A stretch of 49,879 bases of DNA from an uncultured Bacilli bacterium (GCA_947631475.1 CANRLI010000002.1:1-49879), one strand, 5' to 3'. Positions 18,496 through 27,808 are shown, counted from the first letter of the stretch. Program-made: numbers and translations. The notes: generated by a model from the letters alone, not told the origin.

Positions 18496-18885
18496 CTAAC
18501 TAGCTTTCTTTTCTTTTGCTTTTGTTGTTTTATTTGTTTTAGTTGTTGCTTTAGTTGTTGTTTTTGTTGTTTTTGTTGCAGTTTTTGTTGTTTTGGCAGC
18601 TTTAGCTTCTGTAGTTTCTTTTACTTCTTTAGAAGCTTTAGCTTTTTTGGCGTCAGCTTTTTTAGAAGCTTCTACGACCTTAACGTTAGATACGTGAATA
18701 GGTGCTTCAACTTCGACAATAGAACCAACTTCATTCATACGATTTGGTTTAACATGTTTTTTAACTATATTTATTCCTTCAACTACTACTTTATTATCTT
18801 TTTTAAGAGTTTTTAGGATTCTTCCTTCTTTGCCTTTATCTTTACCAGCAAGAATTTTTACATTATCTCCAACTTTTACTTTCAT
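18496..18885 (-). CDS. rplX: 50S ribosomal protein L24 with a Lys/Thr/Ala-rich C-terminal extension
   Basis: The KOW-containing core runs [21 protein letters not shown]...APIHVSNV, followed by about 55 aa of low-complexity K/T/A tail. Confidence 0.93.
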   Translation of the reverse strand: MKVKVGDNVKILAGKDKGKEGRILKTLKKDNKVVVEGINIVKKHVKPNRMNEVGSIVEVEAPIHVSNVKVVEASKKADAKKAKASKEVKETTEAKAAKTTKTATKTTKTTTKATTKTNKTTKAKEKKAS

Positions 18886-18899
18886 ATTAATAGAACCTC

Positions 18900-19268
18900 C
18901 TATAATACTTCAGGTGCAAGTGAAACAATTTTCATGAAGTCTTTTTCACGAAGTTCACGAGCAACAGGTCCCAAAACTCTTGTACCAATTGGACTCTTGT
19001 CTTCTCTAATTAAAACACATGCATTGTCATCAAATTTAATGTATGAACCATCAGATCTTCTAACACCTTCAACTGTTCTTACGATAACAGCTTTAACAAC
19101 TTTTCCTTTTGCAACATTACTATTTGGAATAGCTTTTTTAACTGTTCCAACAACGATATCACCAATGTTACCGCTTTTAACTTTACTTCCGCCTACTACT
19201 CTTATTACTAGTAACTCACGAGCGCCAGAGTTATCAGCAACTTTAAGTCTTGTTTCTTGCATTACCAT
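18900..19268 (-). CDS. rplN: 50S ribosomal protein L14
   Basis: 122 aa. [17 protein letters not shown]. Confidence 0.96.
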   Translation of the reverse strand: MVMQETRLKVADNSGARELLVIRVVGGSKVKSGNIGDIVVGTVKKAIPNSNVAKGKVVKAVIVRTVEGVRRSDGSYIKFDDNACVLIREDKSPIGTRVLGPVARELREKDFMKIVSLAPEVL

Positions 19269-19279
19269 AATGATACCTC

Positions 19280-19540
19280 CTATAGAATTACAGCCTCAAC
19301 TAGTACTTCGTCAAGTTCATATCTCTTAGTTTTTGATAATGGTCTTGTACTAGTTATTCTAACTGTATCTCCTTCTTTAGCTTTATTTAATTCATCATGA
19401 GCTGTATATTTTTTAGAATATTTAACTCTTTTTCCATAAAGTGGATGCTTTTTATATGTTTCAACTAAAACAGTAATAGTTTTATCGTTTTTAGCACTTA
19501 CAACTTTACCGATTAATGATGTTCTTTTAGTTTCTTCCAT
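19280..19540 (-). CDS. rpsQ: 30S ribosomal protein S17
   Basis: 86 aa. [28 protein letters not shown]. Confidence 0.95.
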   Translation of the reverse strand: MEETKRTSLIGKVVSAKNDKTITVLVETYKKHPLYGKRVKYSKKYTAHDELNKAKEGDTVRITSTRPLSKTKRYELDEVLVEAVIL

Positions 19541-19752
19541 TATTTTTCGCCTCCATTTTCTCTTTCTTTAAGAATTGTTTGCATTCTTGCAACATTTTTT
19601 CTTAATTCACGAATCCTAGATGGTTTTTCCAATGAACCAGTTGATTGTTTTAGTCTAAGATCAAATAATTCTTTTTTAGCTTCTTTAACTTTTGATATAA
19701 GTTCTTCATCTGATAAAGCTCTTAGTTCTTTAACTACTTCATTAACCTTCAT
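19540..19752 (-). CDS. rpmC: 50S ribosomal protein L29
   Basis: I prefer the ATG at 19752 ([11 protein letters not shown]..., 70 aa), which overlaps the rplP stop region. The track's longer form would run 30 nt into rplP. Confidence 0.9.
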   Translation of the reverse strand: MKVNEVVKELRALSDEELISKVKEAKKELFDLRLKQSTGSLEKPSRIRELRKNVARMQTILKERENGGEK

Positions 19753-20176
19753 TAGATTCACCGCCTTTAACATCTTTTTTTACTATTTTGCAAGTAATAG
19801 GAAGTTTGTGTGATGCAAGTCTTAAAGCTTCTCTTGCGATTTCTTCAGTTACTCCACCAACTTCAAACATTATTTTTCCCTTTTTAACAACAGCTACCCA
19901 TTGTTCAACGTTTCCTTTACCTTTACCTTGACGAACACCAAGAGGTTTCTTAGTAAGAGGTAGGTGTGGGAAGATGTTAATCCAAACTTGACCACCACGT
20001 TTCATAAAACGAGTCATAGCAATACGTGCTGCTTCGATTTGTTGTGCAGTAATGTATGTGCCTTCTGTAGCCATAAGACCATATTCACCAAATGATAATT
20101 CAGTATTTCCTTTAGCATGGCCTTCGTATGATAAACGATGTTGTTTACGATACTTAGTTCTTTTTGGCATCAACAT
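19742..20176 (-). CDS. rplP: 50S ribosomal protein L16
   Basis: The start [11 protein letters not shown] is canonical for L16. The ATG at 20176 lies 9 nt after GGGAG. Confidence 0.95.
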   Translation of the reverse strand: MLMPKRTKYRKQHRLSYEGHAKGNTELSFGEYGLMATEGTYITAQQIEAARIAMTRFMKRGGQVWINIFPHLPLTKKPLGVRQGKGKGNVEQWVAVVKKGKIMFEVGGVTEEIAREALRLASHKLPITCKIVKKDVKGGESNEG

Positions 20177-20834
20177 TTTTAACATCTCCCTTCGTTACTT
20201 TTTTAGCAGGAAGAATTTCACCTTTGTAAATCCATACTTTTACACCAATTTTTCCATATGTTGTGTTAGCTTCAGCTATAGCATAATCAATGTCGGCTCT
20301 GATAGTATGTAGTGGAACTGTACCTTCAGTATATCCTTCAGTACGAGCCATTTCTGCACCACCTAATCTTCCAGAAACAGAAGTTTTAATACCTTTGGCT
20401 CCAGCCTTCATAGTATTTCTAATAGCTCTTTTTTGAGCACTTCTAAATGGAGCTCTTGCTTCGATTTGATCAGCTATTTGTTCAGCAACTAGTTTAGCAT
20501 TTAAATCTGGATTTTTTACTTCAATAATTGATACATAAATATCTTCTGCTACTAATTTTTTTAATTCATTTCTTAATTTTTCGATGTCTTCACCACCGTG
20601 TCCGATAATTACACCAGGCTTAGCAGTATAGATTTTAACATCGGTTCTTTTTGCTGTTCTTTCAATTACAACATCGGCAACAGCAGCATCTTTCATTTTG
20701 CTAGTTAAATATTTACGGATTTTGTCATCTTTGTTAATAAGTGTTCCAAAATCTTTTTTATTAGCAAACCAACTAGCTTTCCATTCTTTATTAATGCCAA
20801 CTCTTAAACCGATTGGATTAACTTTTTGTCCCAT
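20154..20834 (-). CDS. rpsC: 30S ribosomal protein S3
   Basis: 226 aa. [13 protein letters not shown] with a KH domain. Confidence 0.96.
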   Translation of the reverse strand: MGQKVNPIGLRVGINKEWKASWFANKKDFGTLINKDDKIRKYLTSKMKDAAVADVVIERTAKRTDVKIYTAKPGVIIGHGGEDIEKLRNELKKLVAEDIYVSIIEVKNPDLNAKLVAEQIADQIEARAPFRSAQKRAIRNTMKAGAKGIKTSVSGRLGGAEMARTEGYTEGTVPLHTIRADIDYAIAEANTTYGKIGVKVWIYKGEILPAKKVTKGDVKNVDAKKN

Positions 20835-20835
20835 A

Positions 20836-21180
20836 CTATTTTGCCTCCTTATTATCAGATACTTTTACGGTAATATGACTTGTTCTTTTATCTCTTCTAT
20901 CAACTTTAGTTCTTGAACCAAATTTGATTCTTTTTAATACTTGACCTGGATTAATATAGCATTCAGAGATAACAAGTTCAGATTCATTAGCGCCAAAATT
21001 ATTTGTAGCATTTGCAACTGCAGAATTTAAAACTTTAAGAATTAATCTGCTTGCTTTAGTATTAGTATTTTCTAAAATACCTTGTGCAGTTTGAACATCT
21101 TTTCCTCTTATTAAATCAAGAGTCATTCTTGCTTTACGAGGAGCAATCATTGCACCTTTATGTATTGCGTATGTTTCCAT
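20836..21180 (-). CDS. rplV: 50S ribosomal protein L22
   Basis: 114 aa. [16 protein letters not shown]. Confidence 0.95.
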   Translation of the reverse strand: METYAIHKGAMIAPRKARMTLDLIRGKDVQTAQGILENTNTKASRLILKVLNSAVANATNNFGANESELVISECYINPGQVLKRIKFGSRTKVDRRDKRTSHITVKVSDNKEAK

Positions 21181-21197
21181 TACTTATTCTCTCCTTC

Positions 21198-21461
21198 CTA
21201 CTTTTGTCCAGCATGTCCGCCAAATTTACGAGTTAAAGCAAATTCACCTAGCTTATGTCCAACCATATCTTCAGTAATATAAACTGGGATAAATTCTTTT
21301 CCATTATGAACAGCTATTGTATGTCCAATGAAATCAGGATAAATAGTTGAACGACGTGACCAAGTTTTGATTACTTCTTTTTTGTTATTTTTATTTAATT
21401 CTTGAACCTTTTTTAATAATCTTTCAAATACATAAGGTCCTTTTTTTAAACTTCTTGCCAT
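21198..21461 (-). CDS. rpsS: 30S ribosomal protein S19
   Basis: 87 aa. [11 protein letters not shown]...[15 protein letters not shown]. Confidence 0.96.
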   Translation of the reverse strand: MARSLKKGPYVFERLLKKVQELNKNNKKEVIKTWSRRSTIYPDFIGHTIAVHNGKEFIPVYITEDMVGHKLGEFALTRKFGGHAGQK

Positions 21462-21473
21462 TATTTATTCCTC

Positions 21474-22304
21474 CTATTTCTTCTTACGACTAACAATTAG
21501 CTTGCTAGATTTCTTTTTGCTACTACGAGTTTTAACACCCATAGCTTTTTTACCCCAAGGGGTCATTGGTGATTTACGTCCTACTGGAGTACGTCCTTCA
21601 CCACCACCATGTGGGTGATCATTAGGGTTCATTACTGAACCACGGTTTGTAGGCTTAACTCCTAAATAACGAGTACGTCCTGCTTTGCCCCAATTTATTA
21701 ATTCATAATCTTCATTGCCAACAACACCAATTGTTGCTAAACATGAGCCTAAAATTTTTCTTGTTTCGCCAGATTGTAATCTAACTAAAACATATTTATC
21801 TTCACGTCCTAAAATTTGAGCACTTGTACCAGCTGAGCGGCAAAGAGAAGCGCCTGCTTTAGGTTGTACTTCAATACAATGAACTGTTGTACCAACGGGA
21901 ATGTTAGCCAAAGGTAGAGCATTACCAACTTTGATATCGGCATCAGGACCATTTTCAATTATTGAACCAACAGTTAAATCTTTTGGTGCAATAATATATC
22001 TTTTTTCACCATCTTTGTAATTGATTAATGCAATATTAGCGTTACGATTTGGATCATATTCAATTGTAGCAACTTTACCAGTAACACCTACTTTATCTCT
22101 TTTAAAATCGATAATTCTGTATTTTTGTTTAGCTCCTCCACCAATGTGGCGAACAGTCATTTTTCCTTGATTATTTCTACCACCTGATTTGGTTTTAGAT
22201 ACAACTAATGATTTTTGAGGAGTTGAAGTAGTAATTTCAGTATTTGCTAAAGTAGTCATTCCACGACGGCCATTAGTAGTTGGGTTATAATTTTTAATTG
22301 CCAT
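21474..22304 (-). CDS. rplB: 50S ribosomal protein L2
   Basis: 276 aa. [16 protein letters not shown]...[14 protein letters not shown]. Confidence 0.97.
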   Translation of the reverse strand: MAIKNYNPTTNGRRGMTTLANTEITTSTPQKSLVVSKTKSGGRNNQGKMTVRHIGGGAKQKYRIIDFKRDKVGVTGKVATIEYDPNRNANIALINYKDGEKRYIIAPKDLTVGSIIENGPDADIKVGNALPLANIPVGTTVHCIEVQPKAGASLCRSAGTSAQILGREDKYVLVRLQSGETRKILGSCLATIGVVGNEDYELINWGKAGRTRYLGVKPTNRGSVMNPNDHPHGGGEGRTPVGRKSPMTPWGKKAMGVKTRSSKKKSSKLIVSRKKK

Positions 22305-22319
22305 AATTCTTCTCTCCTC

Positions 22320-22595
22320 CTATAATTCTATTTTCTCGCCATCAGCTAAAGTGATGTACGCTTTCTTATAAGCTTTAGTTTGTCCTGTATATCTTCCAAC
22401 TCTTTTAGCTTTAGATTTAGTATTTAATGTATTAATTTTAACTACATGAACACCAAAAGCTTCTTCAATAGCTTTTTTAATTTGGATTTTATTTGCATCG
22501 CTTGCAACTTTGAAAGCATATACATTAGATTCTGCTAGAATAGCAGCTTTTTCTGTAATGACAGGTGCAATAATAACATCAGTAAAATCTTTCAT
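22320..22595 (-). CDS. rplW: 50S ribosomal protein L23
   Basis: 91 aa. IIAPVITEKA...FKVASDANKIQIKKAIE. Confidence 0.95.
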   Translation of the reverse strand: MKDFTDVIIAPVITEKAAILAESNVYAFKVASDANKIQIKKAIEEAFGVHVVKINTLNTKSKAKRVGRYTGQTKAYKKAYITLADGEKIEL

Positions 22596-23218
22596 TATTT
22601 AAGTCCCCCTTCAATTACTTTAATAGCAGCCTCATCAACAACTAAAATATCAGCATTGACTAAATCATAGCAGTTAATTTCTTCTGCGTTTATATTGTAG
22701 GCATATCCTAAATTTCTACTTGCCATATATAAATTTTCATTATCCTCACCAGTAACAAATAAAACTTTACCAGTTAGGTTTAATGTTGCCATTATACTTT
22801 TAATTTCTTTAGTTTTTAAAGTGGTTAATTTGATATCATCAATAACAACCAATTCTTTATCTTGAAATTTATGAGATAAAGCACTTTTTAAAGCTAAAGC
22901 TCTTTCTTTTTTATTAATTTGGAAGGTGTAGTCTCTTGGTGTAACTCCACCAGCGATTCCACCACCACGCCATTGAGTAGCTCTAATAGAACCTTGGCGA
23001 GCTCTACCAGTACCTTTTTGTCTCCATGGCTTTTTGCCGCCACCTGAAACTTCTGAACGAGTTTTAGTTTTAGCAGTTCCTTGTCTTGTTGCAGCTAATT
23101 GTAAATCGATAGCTTTTTTAAGTACGATGTCATTAGCTTTGATATTCCAGACATTATCGTCTAATGTTAAATCTTTTAGTTTTTCACCTTTTATATTAAC
23201 TAATTGTATTTTTGCCAT
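22595..23218 (-). CDS. rplD: 50S ribosomal protein L4
   Basis: 207 aa. GGGKKPWRQKGTGRARQGSIRATQWRGGG. Confidence 0.96.
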   Translation of the reverse strand: MAKIQLVNIKGEKLKDLTLDDNVWNIKANDIVLKKAIDLQLAATRQGTAKTKTRSEVSGGGKKPWRQKGTGRARQGSIRATQWRGGGIAGGVTPRDYTFQINKKERALALKSALSHKFQDKELVVIDDIKLTTLKTKEIKSIMATLNLTGKVLFVTGEDNENLYMASRNLGYAYNINAEEINCYDLVNADILVVDEAAIKVIEGGLK

Positions 23219-23248
23219 TTTAGATCACCTTTCTTAAGTAAATTAAAA

Positions 23249-24067
23249 TTACTTACTTTCTCCTTGGTTTTCTTCTGTAGCTTCAGTTTCAACTACTTCT
23301 TGCGTAGTTTCTTCTTTCACTTCATCAGTTGTTGGTTCACTTGTAGTTTCAGTAGTTTCTTCACTGGCTGGTTGTGTACTTTCAACAACTTCGTCAGCAA
23401 CAGTTTCTTCAGTATAAGTTAATACTTCTTTTGGAGTATTTGTTCCTTTTTTCTTTACTGATGTTTTGATTAAAACTAAAGATTGCTTAGCTCCTGGAAT
23501 ATTTCCACTTACTAATATGTAATTTTCTGCAACATTTACTTCTATAATTTCTAGGTTTTGAATAGTGGTTGTTTCAACTCCCATATGTCCTGGTAATTTT
23601 TTACCTTTAAGAACGTGCATTGGTAACATTGTTCCTAAAGATCCAGGTCTTCTATGGTAATGTGAACCGTGAGCCATTGGGCCTCTTGATTGGTTCCAAC
23701 GTTTGATTACACCTTCAGTACCTTTACCTTTACTAGTTCCAGTAACGTCAACATATTCACCAGCTGTGAATATATCAGCGCCAATTGTATCTCCTAAGTT
23801 ATAAGTACCTTCGTAATCACGAATTTCTTTTAAGTAGCGCTTAGGAGTTGTGTTTGCTTTTTTAGCATGACCGATGCTAGCTTTACTAGCATTTTTAACT
23901 TTTTTATCAACTGTAGCTAATTGAATTGCATTGTAGCCATCGTTTTCAACAGTTTTAATTTGAGTTACAACATTTGGCTCAACTGATACAACAGTTACAG
24001 GAATAAGTTTTCCATCTTTTGTAAAGACTTGAGTCATTCCGACTTTACGTCCTAAGATTCCTTTCAT
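23249..24067 (-). CDS. rplC: 50S ribosomal protein L3 with an acidic Thr/Glu-rich C-terminal extension
   Basis: The L3 core runs MKGILGRKVGMTQVF...GNIPGAKQSLVLIK, followed by about 65 aa of E/T/V-rich tail. Confidence 0.95.
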   Translation of the reverse strand: MKGILGRKVGMTQVFTKDGKLIPVTVVSVEPNVVTQIKTVENDGYNAIQLATVDKKVKNASKASIGHAKKANTTPKRYLKEIRDYEGTYNLGDTIGADIFTAGEYVDVTGTSKGKGTEGVIKRWNQSRGPMAHGSHYHRRPGSLGTMLPMHVLKGKKLPGHMGVETTTIQNLEIIEVNVAENYILVSGNIPGAKQSLVLIKTSVKKKGTNTPKEVLTYTEETVADEVVESTQPASEETTETTSEPTTDEVKEETTQEVVETEATEENQGESK

Positions 24068-24091
24068 TTTTTCTTACCTCCGTTATATTTT

Positions 24092-24397
24092 TTATTTTAT
24101 GTTAATAGCTACGCCACTTGGAATATCTAAGTGAGCTAGTGCTTCAACAGTCTCTTTTGTTGGGTTTTTAATGTCGATTAATCTCTTATGAGTACGACTT
24201 TCAAATTGTTCTCTAGAGTCTTTATACATATGTACAGCTCTTAAGATAGTAACTTTCTCTACATCTGTAGGTAAAGGTACTGGGCCAACAACTTCCCCTC
24301 CAGTTCTTTTAACAGTTTCAACTATTTTCCCGCAAGCTTGATCTAAAACACGATGATCATAAGCTTTTAGAGTAATACGAACTTTGTTACTTGACAT
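24092..24397 (-). CDS. rpsJ: 30S ribosomal protein S10
   Basis: 101 aa. [14 protein letters not shown]...RTHKRLIDI. Confidence 0.96.
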   Translation of the reverse strand: MSSNKVRITLKAYDHRVLDQACGKIVETVKRTGGEVVGPVPLPTDVEKVTILRAVHMYKDSREQFESRTHKRLIDIKNPTKETVEALAHLDIPSGVAINIK

Positions 24398-24524
24398 TTT
24401 ATGTCCTCCCTTCGTCTATATCTAGTATAGGCTTGCTCCGCACAAATTCCCCGATGTATAAAGGTATTATTTTAACAACTTAACCTAGTGTATCGGCAAC
24501 CTCGCACATCTCAGCAGTCATACG
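24398..24524 (-). promoter_or_regulatory. long 5' UTR of the S10 operon, a candidate structured autoregulatory leader
   Basis: About 125 nt lie between the predicted transcription start and the rpsJ RBS (GGGAGG). The region is visibly G+C-richer than surrounding intergenic DNA, with complementary segments such as CCGAU/AUCGG and GGUUGC/GCAAGCC. No fold was computed. Confidence 0.35.
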
Positions 24525-24530
24525 TTTTTC

Positions 24531-24559
24531 ATTATAGCAATAAATAGCGGTGAAATCAA
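24531..24559 (-). promoter_or_regulatory. sigma-A type promoter of the S10-spc-alpha cluster
   Basis: -35 TTGATT (24554-24559), 17-nt spacer, consensus -10 TATAAT (24531-24536). Confidence 0.65.
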
Positions 24560-24580
24560 GCCTAAATTTAGTTTTTCATA

Positions 24581-24608
24581 AAAAAAATAGAAATAATTCT
24601 ATTTTTTA
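24581..24608. terminator. A/T-rich hairpin flanked by A and T runs, a candidate terminator after gpmI
   Basis: aatagaa-ataa-ttctatt. On the minus strand it is followed by UUUUUUU. The stem has only one G-C pair. Confidence 0.4.
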
Positions 24609-24672
24609 TTACTTATTAATTTTATTTTTATTTTAATAAGACTATGTTCTTTTTTTTAGTTTTTTTAATTTT

Positions 24673-26169
24673 TTAGATGAGAACTTCAGTTTCTTTCATT
24701 TCTTTTGGAACAGCTATATCCATATATTTTAAAATAGTGGGTGCAAAACTAATTAAACTACCATTTTGTAATTTTACTTTTTTATCCATGATAATAAAAG
24801 GAACTGGACTAGTAGTATTCTGAGTTATTACTTGATTGTTGCGATCAATAATTGTATCCGCCTTGCCATGGCTGCCAACTATTATAACTTTATAGAAATT
24901 TTCTTCGGCAACTTCGATAATCTTGCCTAAACAGATATCCACAGCTTGTAAGCTATTAATGGTTGCTTGATAATTGCCAGTATGTCCTACTTCATCGGCA
25001 TTGGCAAAATTGGCAATAATTATGTCATAGTCTTTTTCCATACAATCAATCGTGGTTTTGGCAATGGCTAATGAGTTCATCTCTGGCTTCATATCAAAGC
25101 TATCAACCATAGGTGAATCAACACAATAAATGTCACAATTGGGTAAAGTGTTATACTTTTCACCATGAAGATAATAACTCATAGGATACGTTTTAATACT
25201 TTCATAAATATGAGCTTGATTTAAGCCCAATTCAGATAAATATTCACAAAGTGTATGGTTAACCTTTTTGGCTTCAAAAAAATAATTGCGATTAATTTCT
25301 TTATCTATTTCATATAAGCTATATACTTTTATATTAGTTAATGATGTATTAAATTCTATAAAATCTTTGTTGCAAAAAGCATTTAATAGTTGCAGTTGAT
25401 TTTCCTTACTGAAATTTAAGAAAAGAAAAACATCACTATTATTTAAGGGCATAAAATATTTGGTTTTAAGAGGAGGAAGATACTCATCTGTGATTTTTTT
25501 ATTATAGCACTTTTCAATAGTAAGTCTTAAATCAGTTGCGCCAATAGCTTGGCCTTCAAAGAGTAAATCATAGTATAGTTGAGTTCTTTTATAGTCTTTA
25601 GTCGTATCTAAAGCATAGTAGCGCCCACATATTGATGCAATATGAACATGGGAATTTAACAATTCGTTTATTTGCGAGATATAGTTATATACTGAATTAC
25701 GGGCTGAATCACGGCCATCAGAGATTAAATGTAAATAAATGTTATTTGGTAATTTAAGGGCACTTAGTAAGTTAAGAAAATTTTTAAGATGGGTAATGTG
25801 AGAAGAAATTCCCCCATCTGAAAGCAAAAAGCCGATATGAAGATTTCTTAAAGAGTTACTTTTTAAATATTCCTGCATTTCATTAAATTTACCATTAAAT
25901 TTTAAACGTTCTTTGTTAAAAATATCATTAACATCAGATAAACGGTTGCTGACGATGCGGCCCGCTCCGATTAATTTGTGGCCTAATTCACTACTACTGC
26001 ATTGATTTTCAGGTAGTGATACAGCCGTTCCACTAGCTTTTAATAAGCAATGGGGATATTGATTCCATATATTTATAAAATTAGTCATTCCAGCATTTTT
26101 GACAGCATTTCCATATATATCTTCACGCATACCGAAACCATCTAATATAATTGCTAATATCTTTTTCAT
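24673..26169 (-). CDS. gpmI: 2,3-bisphosphoglycerate-independent phosphoglycerate mutase
   Basis: 498 aa. N-terminal ILDGFG, SELGHKLIGAGRIV, and the C-terminal metal site NFANADEVGHTG...GSHG. Confidence 0.92.
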   Translation of the reverse strand: MKKILAIILDGFGMREDIYGNAVKNAGMTNFINIWNQYPHCLLKASGTAVSLPENQCSSSELGHKLIGAGRIVSNRLSDVNDIFNKERLKFNGKFNEMQEYLKSNSLRNLHIGFLLSDGGISSHITHLKNFLNLLSALKLPNNIYLHLISDGRDSARNSVYNYISQINELLNSHVHIASICGRYYALDTTKDYKRTQLYYDLLFEGQAIGATDLRLTIEKCYNKKITDEYLPPLKTKYFMPLNNSDVFLFLNFSKENQLQLLNAFCNKDFIEFNTSLTNIKVYSLYEIDKEINRNYFFEAKKVNHTLCEYLSELGLNQAHIYESIKTYPMSYYLHGEKYNTLPNCDIYCVDSPMVDSFDMKPEMNSLAIAKTTIDCMEKDYDIIIANFANADEVGHTGNYQATINSLQAVDICLGKIIEVAEENFYKVIIVGSHGKADTIIDRNNQVITQNTTSPVPFIIMDKKVKLQNGSLISFAPTILKYMDIAVPKEMKETEVLI

Positions 26170-26202
26170 TTTTTATTTCTCCTATTTATAATAATAGCAC
26201 AT

Positions 26203-26240
26203 AAAAAAAAGAAATTACAAGATACTGGGCAATTTCTTTT
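26203..26240 (-). terminator. candidate intrinsic terminator between the Spo0A-family gene and gpmI
   Basis: The minus-strand RNA reads AAAGAAAUU, then a 14-nt loop, then AAUUUCUUU, followed by five more U. TGCTATTAT (an extended -10-like element) follows before the gpmI RBS. Confidence 0.45.
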
Positions 26241-26243
26241 AAA

Positions 26244-27005
26244 TTAATATGATGTTCTTCCTTGTTCCATCATTATTTTATCAACAATTATGGCAATAAA
26301 TTCACCATTTGTAGGTTTAGTTTTATAATAGTCAACGCAATTTGAAAATAATTCATTAGAATATTCATAGTTGCCACGATCCCAACCTGTTTCAATTGCA
26401 CTTCTTATTGAACGTTCAATACAGCTTTCCTTTTTAGAAAAGGATTTAGCTAACATAGGATATATTTCTTTAGTGATTGATGTTAATAATGATGGTTCTA
26501 GATAGCATTCATAGATAGCCTTTCGTAAATAATGGAAACCATTTTTATCAGGCGCTATGCCCAATTTTTTCAATATTTCTGCAACTTTATCGTAAATAGA
26601 AATTTTTTGAAAGTTATACTTTTCGTTCTTATTTTTAATTTCACGTAATGACAGTATTAAATCGTTTATCTTAAAGTTCTTAGGAATAACATTATATAAT
26701 TGATATTCTGTGGATGAAAGATTGTAACAATCTAATTTGATGTTATCAATGACAATAGTTCTAGACAATAAATATTTATTATCATAACCTGTTAACAAAC
26801 TTAAAATATTTTCACCAGGTATATTGCCATCAACGATGATAGCGTCTAGTTTGGAATTGATATCATTAATTATTACTAAAGCTTCTTTATAATTATTTGT
26901 GTAATATTTTATTGTCACTTCAGTAGAAAATTTTGATATTTCACTTTTTATTTTATTTAATTCTTCTGCACTACATACTACCAATGTATTAATATTATTT
27001 TTCAT
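26244..27005 (-). CDS. spo0A: Spo0A-family transcription factor (Spo0A C-terminal DNA-binding domain; atypical receiver-like N-terminus)
   Basis: The C-terminal 110 aa align closely by eye with B. subtilis Spo0A: HYLRKAIYECY...LLTSITKEIYPMLAKSF...IERSIRSAIETGWDRGN...KPTNGEFIAIIVDKI. The N-terminal ~120 aa are receiver-like in length and pattern. Confidence 0.85.
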   Translation of the reverse strand: MKNNINTLVVCSAEELNKIKSEISKFSTEVTIKYYTNNYKEALVIINDINSKLDAIIVDGNIPGENILSLLTGYDNKYLLSRTIVIDNIKLDCYNLSSTEYQLYNVIPKNFKINDLILSLREIKNKNEKYNFQKISIYDKVAEILKKLGIAPDKNGFHYLRKAIYECYLEPSLLTSITKEIYPMLAKSFSKKESCIERSIRSAIETGWDRGNYEYSNELFSNCVDYYKTKPTNGEFIAIIVDKIMMEQGRTSY

Positions 27006-27073
27006 GATCTTATCTCTTTCTATGTTTGTATTTTATCTTGCTTTGTTTTGGTATTATGTATTATTATGTCGAT

Positions 27074-27808
27074 TTAAATAATTTTTTGATATTTTTTATA
27101 AATTTCCTCTAATTGTTCATAAATTGTAGAACTTTCTCCTAGGACAATTCCATCTAATTGCGCTATTTTAGAAATATTTTCAATGTTTTGAGAGTTAATA
27201 CTACCTCCATATACTAAAGGTATTTGTAAATTATATTTAGTTTTAAGTAAATTTTTTATATAGTTTATTTTATCGGTTAAGATATTTAGAGGAAGAATTT
27301 CGCCAGTACCGATTGAACAAGCTGGTTCATAAGCGATGATGGTCTGTGCCATTTCATCGTTTGTTAAATTATCATATATTTCAGTTATCTGCTTATAAAT
27401 ATCATAGGTTGAATTTTGATTGTTTGGATTTAATTCACCAATAAAGAAAATGGGGATTATATCATTATTAACAGCATTTTTGATTTTCTGAGTAATAGAT
27501 TCAACTGTTTCTTTTAAGATGGTACGACTTTCAAAGTGAGCAACTAATACATATTTAACATTTAAAGATGTTAATTGTTCTGCACTATTTTCGCCAGTAT
27601 ATGAGCCATTTCCATACATGGAAATTTCTTGGCTTCCTAGATTATATATATTATTTTGAAAGATATATAAGTAGGGAGTTGGGGGACAAATAATTAATTT
27701 TAGCTGATTATTTTGAGGCAAGTGATGAACTTTGGCTTCAAAAGCAATAAGTTCGTCTTTTAGCATTTTAGCTTTAAAATTACAAATTAAATACTTATTA
27801 TTAGGCAT
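27074..27808 (-). CDS. tpiA: triosephosphate isomerase (divergent)
   Basis: The catalytic signature is retained: CNFKAK (N/K), VAHFESR (His/Glu), AYEPACSIGTGE, VYGGSI. The ATG at 27808 overlaps the pgk stop region. The track's TTG at 27814 is less likely. Confidence 0.85.
   Translation of the reverse strand: MPNNKYLICNFKAKMLKDELIAFEAKVHHLPQNNQLKLIICPPTPYLYIFQNNIYNLGSQEISMYGNGSYTGENSAEQLTSLNVKYVLVAHFESRTILKETVESITQKIKNAVNNDIIPIFFIGELNPNNQNSTYDIYKQITEIYDNLTNDEMAQTIIAYEPACSIGTGEILPLNILTDKINYIKNLLKTKYNLQIPLVYGGSINSQNIENISKIAQLDGIVLGESSTIYEQLEEIYKKYQKII

Noticed and set aside
18475-18816. A plus-strand ORF encoding a Cys/Phe/Ser-rich peptide ([22 protein letters not shown]...).
   Set aside because: It is the antisense reading of the Lys/Thr/Ala low-complexity tail of rplX. 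It has no RBS and lies wholly inside conserved rplX and rplE sequence.
11481-23422. Many 60-130-aa plus-strand ORFs across the ribosomal protein cluster: 11481-11678, 11823-12011, 15202-15435, 15532-15777, 15839-16183, 16285-16506, 16518-16781, 18186-18422, 18934-19329, 20052-20312, 20698-20916, 23034-23237 and 23204-23422.
   Set aside because: All are antisense to highly conserved genes and lack RBSs. Their composition (Ser/Leu/Pro/Thr-rich) is typical of the reverse frame of Lys/Gly/Arg-rich ribosomal proteins.
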